From a bacterium (lineage in GTDB: Bacteria > Patescibacteriota > Doudnabacteria > UBA920): a stretch of 64,000 bases of DNA. The position numbers and the translations under genes are program-made. The notes below the pieces were generated by a model. That model did no database searches and had not been told where the DNA came from. It saw nothing but the letters and a program-made list of their open reading frames with translations. Location: assembly GCA_016699995.1 (NCBI GenBank), contig CP064996.1, positions 10,357 to 74,356 of the forward strand. Reading direction: 5' to 3'. This document shows, in pieces, positions 57,653 through 64,000 of the stretch. Every line of letters starts with the position of its first letter. Within the stretch, counting starts at the first letter, position 1.

Positions 57653-60556
57653 ATGCCTACTAAAGCAACAAAGAAACCAACAACGAAAGTCGCTAAAAAT
57701 TCCGCCAAGGTAAGCGCTAATAACGAGCACAAAATTGTGATTCGCGGTGCCAGAGTTCATAACTTAAAAAATGTGGACCTAGATCTCCCGCGTCATAAAT
57801 TAATTGTAATGACCGGATTATCCGGCAGCGGCAAGTCGTCTTTAGCTTTCGATACTATTTATGCAGAAGGCCAGCGCCGCTACGTTGAGTCTCTTTCTGC
57901 TTATGCGCGCCAGTTTATCGGCTTAATGGATAAGCCGGATGTAGACAAGATCGAGGGTCTGTCTCCGGCGATTTCTATCGACCAGAAATCCGCTTCGCAT
58001 AATCCGCGCTCTACTGTGGGAACCGTAACCGAAATTTATGACTACATGCGCTTGCTTTACGCGCGCATCGGTATTCCGCACTGTCCGGAATGCGGCAAGA
58101 AAGTAGAAGGCCAGACTTTACAATCTATTGTCGACCAGTTATTGGAAATGCCGGAAGGCACCCGGGTGATGCTTTTGGCTCCGTTGATCCGCGATCAAAA
58201 AGGGGAACATAAACTTGTGTTTGAACAACTAAAGAAGAGCGGCTTCTCCCGAGTGCGCGTAGATGGCACCATTATGGATCTTAACGAAGCCCAGACTTTA
58301 AGTTTGGATAAGCAAAAGAAGCATAATATAGAAGTTATTGTCGACCGTTTGGCGATTAGCAAAGACGATCGTGCTCGCTTGTCTGAGAGCTTGGAAAAAA
58401 CTTTGGACTATGGCGACCAGTTGTCGCTTGTGTTGGTAATGGATGGCGATAAGGTCAAAAAGGAAATTCCATTTTCTCAAAAGTTCTCCTGCCCTAACGG
58501 TCATGCTATTAGCCTAACCGAACTTGATCCGCGCGAATTTTCTTTTAATAGCCCGCACGGCGCTTGTCCCGACTGTAAAGGCTTAGGCACCAAGCTCACG
58601 GTAGAACCAGATTTAATCATTCCTAACCCCCGCTTAACTTTAGCCGAAGGCGCAATTCGCCCTTGGAGCAAAACCACTGCGCGCGTGACTTGGTATTCTC
58701 GAGTACTGGAGATTTTAGCTCAGGAATACGGCTTTTCTGTAAGCGTTCCTGTAAAGGATTTGCCTAAGAAAGCGCTGGACGTTATTTTGTACGGCACTGC
58801 TGGCAAGCGTATTACTATGCCCACAGAAAGCGGTCGCACCTACCAGGCTAATTTCGAAGGCGTTATTGCGAACTTGGAACGTCGTTACCGTGAGACTGAA
58901 TCTGAGTACATGCGCAGTGAGATTGAAAATTACATGCGCATCCGCAAATGTACTACTTGCGGCGGCAAGCGCTTAAAGCCGGAAGTTTTGTCTGTCACTG
59001 TTGGCGGGGAAAGTATTGTAGACGTTTCTTGCAAGTCTATTGAAGACGCTGCAGAATTTTTCGAAACGTTGCCAAAGCAATTGAACGCCAAAGAAATGGC
59101 GATTGCCAAGCTTATTTTTAAAGAAATCACAGCGCGTCTTCAGTTTTTACTAGACGTGGGCTTGTCTTATCTGTCTTTAGATCGCGGCGCGGACACTTTA
59201 TCCGGCGGCGAAGCGCAGCGCATTCGTCTAGCGACCCAAATCGGTTCCGGCTTAACTGGTGTACTTTACATTCTTGACGAACCATCTATCGGGCTGCACC
59301 AGCGCGATAATACCCGCCTGTTAACTACGCTTAAAAATCTCCGCGACTTAGGTAATACGGTAATTGTAGTAGAGCACGACGAGGAAACTATCCGCGAAGC
59401 GGACTATGTAGTCGACATCGGTCCTGGCGCCGGCAAGCATGGCGGAGAGATTATCGCCGAAGGTTCACCAGACGACATTTTAAAATCAAAAGACTCCATC
59501 ACCGGCCAGTTTTTATCTGGCAAAGACGAAATTGCTGTGCCAAAACGCCGCCGTGCCGGTAACGGTAAGAAATTGCAGATCGTGGGTGCGACCGAAAATA
59601 ATTTGCAAAACGTTAATGCCGACATTCCCTTGGGCAAGTTTGTCTGCATCACCGGCGTATCCGGCAGCGGCAAATCTACTTTACTGAATGATATTTTGGC
59701 GAAGTATTTGTCTAAATATTTTTGGAATAGCAAAGATGAACCAGGCGAATTTAAAAAGATTGTGGGTGTTGAACATATTGATAAGATGATTAACATTGAC
59801 CAGTCGCCAATCGGGCGCACTCCGCGTTCTAACCCGGCAACCTATACCGGCATTTTCACTTATATCCGAGACCTTTTTGCAGATACCCGCGAAGCAAAAA
59901 TGAAAGGCTACAAAGCTGGCCGCTTTAGCTTTAATGTCAAGGGTGGGCGCTGTGAAAAGTGTCAGGGTGACGGCGTAATCAAGGTAGAAATGAACTTTTT
60001 GCCTGATGTGTACATTACTTGTGAAGAGTGTAATGGCAAGCGCTATAACCGCGAAGCTTTGGAGATTCATTACAACGGTAAAACTATTAGCGATGTTTTG
60101 GAGATGACGGTTGACGAAGCTAAAATCTTCTACGCTAATGTTCCTGCAGTAGCCCGCAAACTGGAAACTCTTTCCCAGGTGGGCTTGGGTTATATGCACC
60201 TTGGCCAGAACGCCACAACACTTTCGGGGGGTGAGGCGCAGCGCATTAAATTGGCAACAGAACTTTCCCGCGCTCAGACCGGACGCACTTTGTATATTTT
60301 GGATGAGCCGACCACCGGCTTGCATTTTGCCGATGTAAAGCGTTTAGTACAAGTGCTTAACCAGCTCGTAGAGAAGGGAAACACGGTGGTTGTAATCGAA
60401 CACAACTTAGACATGATCAAAACTGCCGACTGGATTGTCGATATGGGTCCGGAAGGCGGGGATAAGGGCGGGCAGGTAGTAGCATCCGGGACTCCGGAAG
60501 ATGTCGCGAAGATTAAAAACAGCCACACTGGGCAGTACTTGAAAAAGATGTTATAG
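57653..60556 (+). CDS. uvrA: Excinuclease ABC subunit A.
   Basis: 967 aa. Two ABC ATPase modules ([12 protein letters not shown] and [12 protein letters not shown]; [13 protein letters not shown] and [13 protein letters not shown]) and zinc-finger CxxC pairs. Confidence 0.95.
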   Translation: MPTKATKKPTTKVAKNSAKVSANNEHKIVIRGARVHNLKNVDLDLPRHKLIVMTGLSGSGKSSLAFDTIYAEGQRRYVESLSAYARQFIGLMDKPDVDKIEGLSPAISIDQKSASHNPRSTVGTVTEIYDYMRLLYARIGIPHCPECGKKVEGQTLQSIVDQLLEMPEGTRVMLLAPLIRDQKGEHKLVFEQLKKSGFSRVRVDGTIMDLNEAQTLSLDKQKKHNIEVIVDRLAISKDDRARLSESLEKTLDYGDQLSLVLVMDGDKVKKEIPFSQKFSCPNGHAISLTELDPREFSFNSPHGACPDCKGLGTKLTVEPDLIIPNPRLTLAEGAIRPWSKTTARVTWYSRVLEILAQEYGFSVSVPVKDLPKKALDVILYGTAGKRITMPTESGRTYQANFEGVIANLERRYRETESEYMRSEIENYMRIRKCTTCGGKRLKPEVLSVTVGGESIVDVSCKSIEDAAEFFETLPKQLNAKEMAIAKLIFKEITARLQFLLDVGLSYLSLDRGADTLSGGEAQRIRLATQIGSGLTGVLYILDEPSIGLHQRDNTRLLTTLKNLRDLGNTVIVVEHDEETIREADYVVDIGPGAGKHGGEIIAEGSPDDILKSKDSITGQFLSGKDEIAVPKRRRAGNGKKLQIVGATENNLQNVNADIPLGKFVCITGVSGSGKSTLLNDILAKYLSKYFWNSKDEPGEFKKIVGVEHIDKMINIDQSPIGRTPRSNPATYTGIFTYIRDLFADTREAKMKGYKAGRFSFNVKGGRCEKCQGDGVIKVEMNFLPDVYITCEECNGKRYNREALEIHYNGKTISDVLEMTVDEAKIFYANVPAVARKLETLSQVGLGYMHLGQNATTLSGGEAQRIKLATELSRAQTGRTLYILDEPTTGLHFADVKRLVQVLNQLVEKGNTVVVIEHNLDMIKTADWIVDMGPEGGDKGGQVVASGTPEDVAKIKNSHTGQYLKKML

Positions 60557-60610
60557 GTTGGTACGATAATGCATCCACTAAGGGATGCATTTTTGTATAA
60601 GGGAGGAAAA

Positions 60611-61144
60611 ATGGAGCTAACTATCATGAAAGCTACTCCGGAACATGCAGCAGGTATTTGCCGTGTTCATAACTTAACTTGGCAGGATACTTACCCTAAT
60701 CAAGAGTTGGGCATTACCATTGATGATATTAAGGCAATGGATTTAGCTAGTGACCAGAAAGTCGCTGACCGAAAAAAGTTTTTAAGCAACATTGCTGATG
60801 ATGCCTGCATCTTTGTCGCTTTGCTGGCAGGAAATGTAGGAGGGTTTTGTCTTGGTACAAAGTTTGTCGAATACAATAAAGTTAATTCATTGTATGTCCT
60901 GCCTGATTGGCACGGACGAGGGATTGGTACGAAACTCATTGATCACATTTTTGGGTGGTTTGATGAGCCAAAAAACTGTTTTCTGAAAGTTGCCGCCTAT
61001 AATGATAAAGCAATAAGTTTTTATCGCAGGCATGGCTTTGCTTCTACAGGGGTAATTCAGAATTTTTCCAGACATCCCCATGGAAAACAAATTCCCGGGC
61101 TAATTATGCGCAGAGACAAAGAGCAATTTGAGGTGAAGGGATGA
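60611..61144 (+). CDS. GNAT family N-acetyltransferase.
   Basis: 'VLPDWHGRGIGTKLIDHIF' acetyl-CoA-binding motif A. AGGGAGGaaaa precedes ATG 60611. Confidence 0.7.
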   Translation: MELTIMKATPEHAAGICRVHNLTWQDTYPNQELGITIDDIKAMDLASDQKVADRKKFLSNIADDACIFVALLAGNVGGFCLGTKFVEYNKVNSLYVLPDWHGRGIGTKLIDHIFGWFDEPKNCFLKVAAYNDKAISFYRRHGFASTGVIQNFSRHPHGKQIPGLIMRRDKEQFEVKG

Positions 61145-61557
61145 TAATATTTATTATTTGCAGCAAAAGGTTTTATGGTGAAATTCCGGCCATCCAGGAA
61201 TTTTTGGCAAGCCGCGGGCATGAAATTATTCTGCCTAACCATTACGACGATCCTAGTTCAGAAGACAGGGTAAGAGCATTAGGCGAAGACGAGCACAGGC
61301 TTTGGAAAGCCGAAGCTATCCGTATGAGCTATGGGAAAGTAGAAGCCTGTGATGCGGTATTGGTCATTAACATGACCAAAGAAGGCGATGAAAACTATAT
61401 CGGCGGCGCTACATTTCTGGAAATGTACGATGCATTCAAGCTCGGTAAGAAAATTTATCTTTACAATTGTTTGCCTCATAGCATTTTGCGCGATGAAATC
61501 ATTGGCTTTAATGTGGTGTGCTTGCATCAGGAATTAAGCCGTATTGGCGTCATGTAA
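61141..61557 (+). CDS. Nucleoside 2-deoxyribosyltransferase-like protein.
   Basis: 138 aa, overlapping the GNAT stop (ATGA). 'YIGGATFLEMYDAFKLGKKIYLY' resembles the NDT family nucleophile region. The assignment is weak. Confidence 0.35.
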   Translation: MIIFIICSKRFYGEIPAIQEFLASRGHEIILPNHYDDPSSEDRVRALGEDEHRLWKAEAIRMSYGKVEACDAVLVINMTKEGDENYIGGATFLEMYDAFKLGKKIYLYNCLPHSILRDEIIGFNVVCLHQELSRIGVM

Positions 61558-61566
61558 AAAAATATA

Positions 61567-61593
61567 AACCGTTCATTGAGTGAACGGTTTTTT
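61567..61593 (+). terminator. Rho-independent terminator.
   Basis: AACCGTTCA / TGAACGGTT form a 9-bp stem with a 5-nt loop and T6. Confidence 0.75.
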
Positions 61594-61680
61594 ATTATGT
61601 ATACTCACGAACAATCTTAGCAATTTTTTTAGTTCAGTCAGACTTCTTCCCTCCTTGTAAAGACTAAGACTAGCAGACGA

Positions 61681-62736
61681 TTAATTGAAAGTAAAACTGA
61701 ATACGCTCACGCCGCCCTTAGGGAATTCTACCTCCATGGTGTGATTGGCAGGGGCCGATGATTCGTATAAAGGATATAGATCAGAGTTTATAATGGTCAC
61801 TCCTTTTTGGAGTTTGCCGTCTACATATATTTTTATTGTATTAGCCTCCGTGCTTTCGGCAACCATAAACACTTTGGCTGCGTTAAAATTGATCCTGATT
61901 CTTCCAAAGCCCTGCGTATGAACCGCAGCCTCTTGTTCAATTTTCCATTTGCCTTCTAGGGCGAATCGGTTTTTAGCCAGATTCTTAGGGAAAGCATAGA
62001 TTTGTTCGTTGCTGCTTGGAGTCTCACTGCCCCCAAAATTATTCCAGCGGATTGATCCCAAGTAAGTTGTAGGCGTGCCGGCCTGGCTCGGTGTTTCTGG
62101 AGTAGGAGGCTGGAATTCGCCTTCGAGACCCATAACCTTGCGGATAGCTTTTTCTGTTATCTCATACGAGCCTTCGCCGAAGTGGGTGTAAACAATGTCT
62201 CCTTTCTTATCTATTAAATAACGCGCCGGCCAGAATTGGTTGTTATAAGCGCTCCAGGTTTTGTAATTATTGTCCTGCGCAATTGGGTAATTAATTTTAT
62301 AACGCTTAAGTGCGGCTTCTACATTGTTAGTGACTTTTTCAAAAGCAAATTCCGGTGTATGAACGCCGACTATTGCAAAGCCCTGATCCTTGTATTCCTG
62401 ATACCACTTGTTCAGATGGGGGAATGAGTTAATGCAATTGATGCAGGAGTACGTCCAGAAATCTATTAATACAACCTTTCCTGCCAGGTCCGCCATCCTA
62501 ATCGGTTCCGTATTGAACCATTTTGTTATGCCTGCAAATTCCGGGGCAGGCCCCAGGTTTTTAAACACAGGTTCAACCGGCTGCTCCTCTTTTTCATTTT
62601 GAGTAGCGATTCTTTCTTTGGAATTAAAAAACGGCGCAACAATAGATTGCCCTTGGTTAAACTTTGGCCAAAGCAGAACTACGGCCGCGCTTGCTAGTAT
62701 AATTGCTATTAAAATAAAGAAAACCACACGTTTCAT
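61681..62736 (-). CDS. Thioredoxin-fold redoxin (TlpA/ResA-like) with a C-terminal beta-domain, membrane-anchored.
   Basis: N-terminal TM helix. 'LIDFWTYSCINCINSFPHL' is the CxxC of TlpA-like thiol-disulfide oxidoreductases. Confidence 0.7.
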   Translation of the reverse strand: MKRVVFFILIAIILASAAVVLLWPKFNQGQSIVAPFFNSKERIATQNEKEEQPVEPVFKNLGPAPEFAGITKWFNTEPIRMADLAGKVVLIDFWTYSCINCINSFPHLNKWYQEYKDQGFAIVGVHTPEFAFEKVTNNVEAALKRYKINYPIAQDNNYKTWSAYNNQFWPARYLIDKKGDIVYTHFGEGSYEITEKAIRKVMGLEGEFQPPTPETPSQAGTPTTYLGSIRWNNFGGSETPSSNEQIYAFPKNLAKNRFALEGKWKIEQEAAVHTQGFGRIRINFNAAKVFMVAESTEANTIKIYVDGKLQKGVTIINSDLYPLYESSAPANHTMEVEFPKGGVSVFSFTFN

Positions 62737-62843
62737 AGCTGATAGCAGTATAGTAGTTTGAATCCTTAAAGTCGAGCTGGGCGTTGCGTTGTTGGCGCGG
62801 ATTTTGTTATCATATTATCAATGCAAATTTGAGGAGGTTTGAT

Positions 62844-63416
62844 ATGTTTGGATATATGGCTGGTGCAGTATCAATTCCTATGTGGTGGAAAATCATTATT
62901 GTCGGACTTGCCGGAAAGAAACCCTCGTACAAGCTTTTTTCATCCGAAGACACAACAGAGACTCGGATCGAGCCGGTTCAGAAAGCAAATTTTCAGACAG
63001 CTTATAAGCTTGCCCAGGGTTATGCCCGCAGCTATCAGCAGCGCTACGATCTGGTGCAGATGCCTCGTATTATCGTAATACAGGTCCCTAAGCCGGTCGT
63101 AACCAATACGGACGACCTTCATAAGGTGGTGGACAATTTCGTTTCCGGTTACATGAACACTGGGTTTGTAGAATTGATGCGAAGCTTCTACTGGAAAAAG
63201 GCGATAGAGTCCAATCCGGAAATCGATAAGCGGCTCGCGCTCGGATATTCTGTTTTTAAATCTATGCTTGCCAAGGATTTAGCCGGCTGGGAAGCATTCA
63301 GAAACGAATATTCCACTAAGATCGACGCTTTGGAGCTGATCCTCAAGGATATCTTCGAAAGCCATTACCGGTGGTATCACGAGTCTCATCACCCGGCCGT
63401 TGCACAAGCCAATTAA
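62844..63416 (+). CDS. Hypothetical membrane-anchored protein.
   Basis: GAGGAGG lies 6 nt upstream of ATG 62844. The N-terminal TM is AVSIPMWWKIIIVGLAG. Confidence 0.5.
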   Translation: MFGYMAGAVSIPMWWKIIIVGLAGKKPSYKLFSSEDTTETRIEPVQKANFQTAYKLAQGYARSYQQRYDLVQMPRIIVIQVPKPVVTNTDDLHKVVDNFVSGYMNTGFVELMRSFYWKKAIESNPEIDKRLALGYSVFKSMLAKDLAGWEAFRNEYSTKIDALELILKDIFESHYRWYHESHHPAVAQAN

Positions 63417-63421
63417 CATTA

Positions 63422-63460
63422 TTAGCACTCCCCTTGACAGAGTGCTAATTTTTTTATATC
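63422..63460 (+). promoter_or_regulatory. CIRCE operator (TTAGCACTC-N9-GAGTGCTAA) overlapping a TTGACA / TATATC promoter.
   Basis: A perfect 9-bp inverted repeat at 63422-63430 and 63440-63448. The spacer CCCTTGACA contains the -35, and the -10 TATATC sits at about 63455-63460, 30 nt before hrcA. Confidence 0.85.
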
Positions 63461-63490
63461 TTAAAACTATAGGAAAATATCAGCAAATAT

Positions 63491-64000
63491 ATGAAAAAAA
63501 CATCTGATTCTGATTTCTCGCCGGGCGGCCAAATTACGCACCGGCAAGCCAAGGTTTTGGCCTGTATTGTAAAAATTCATTCCGAGACAGGGAAGCCGGT
63601 AGCCTCAAAGGATCTAATCGATAAAGGTTTTTTTGATGTCAGCGGCGCTACTTTGCGCAATGAGATGCAGGCGTTGGAAGAAGCCGGGCTGATTACTCAT
63701 CCGCATACTTCCAGCGGACGCATCCCAACCGACGAAGGTTTTCGTTACTTTGTGAATCAGTTAATGGATCATGTACAGCTGTCGATGCGCGAACAGCAGG
63801 CGCTGAAGAAAGAGATCATTAAGCTGCAGGCGGTGAATGCCGAAATCGGCCGCCGCTTGGCAAAGATGCTAGCGATGCATTCGTCGCAGGCATCATTTGC
63901 GATTTTGCCGGAAGAAGTTTCTTCGGTGGGTCTCTCCAATATTTTAAATAGCGACCAAATGCTGCCGGATGATGCCAAAGAAATTGCCAGATTCTTTGAT
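63491..64000 (+). CDS. hrcA: Heat-inducible transcription repressor HrcA, 3'-partial at the window end.
   Basis: 'LTHRQAKVLACIVKIHSETGKPVASKDLIDK...SGATLRNEMQALEEAGLITHPHTSSGRIPTDEGFRYFV' is the typical HrcA N-terminus. This frame is not in the ORF track because it has no stop in the window. Confidence 0.8.
   Translation, partial: MKKTSDSDFSPGGQITHRQAKVLACIVKIHSETGKPVASKDLIDKGFFDVSGATLRNEMQALEEAGLITHPHTSSGRIPTDEGFRYFVNQLMDHVQLSMREQQALKKEIIKLQAVNAEIGRRLAKMLAMHSSQASFAILPEEVSSVGLSNILNSDQMLPDDAKEIARFFD

Overview
This 64-kb window reads as a small-genome bacterium with about 45% GC and highly diverged proteins. The composition suggests a CPR/Patescibacteria-like episymbiont, but that is inference from the sequence alone.

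The first 11 kb is an accessory-looking surface-protein locus. It holds a 5'-truncated Thr/Gly/Ser-rich tail-fibre-like repeat protein, a frameshift-riddled (apparently pseudogenised) second copy or C-terminal continuation, and an intact giant 2088-aa secreted protein. The giant protein carries about 80-aa beta-helix-like repeats, a DUF2341 plus LamG-like core and a glycine-rich C-terminus. Its annotated ATG sits inside a TTGATA-17-TATAAT promoter, so the real start must be a downstream non-ATG codon.

The remainder is mostly housekeeping. The genes seen are valS, tsaD, trpS, efp, rpsF-ssb-rpsR, ychF, rnj, secG, uvrC/uvrA, trxB (twice), gdh, cls and a 3'-truncated hrcA. Further genes are a type IV pilin operon, an ABC-2 exporter pair, a CPA2 antiporter, MarR/TrmB/CsoR/YozG-type regulators, two VOC proteins, tRNA-Glu(UUC) and tRNA-Leu(CAG).

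The main non-coding signals are:
- a convincing T-box riboswitch in the valS leader, with the canonical UGGUACC antiterminator bulge mutually exclusive with an intrinsic terminator;
- a perfect CIRCE element embedding the -35 of the hrcA promoter;
- a C7-AT-G6 CsoR-type operator;
- a 477-nt intergenic gap that starts with a 72-nt tRNA-like element (7-bp acceptor, T-arm, encoded GCCA, no anticodon arm) and ends in a strong terminator;
- several clean bidirectional rho-independent terminators and sigma70-like promoters.

No CRISPR array, integrase, transposase, reverse transcriptase or obvious defence system is visible. The most unusual biology is the adhesin/tail-fibre-like locus with the pilin module, and the two RNA elements.
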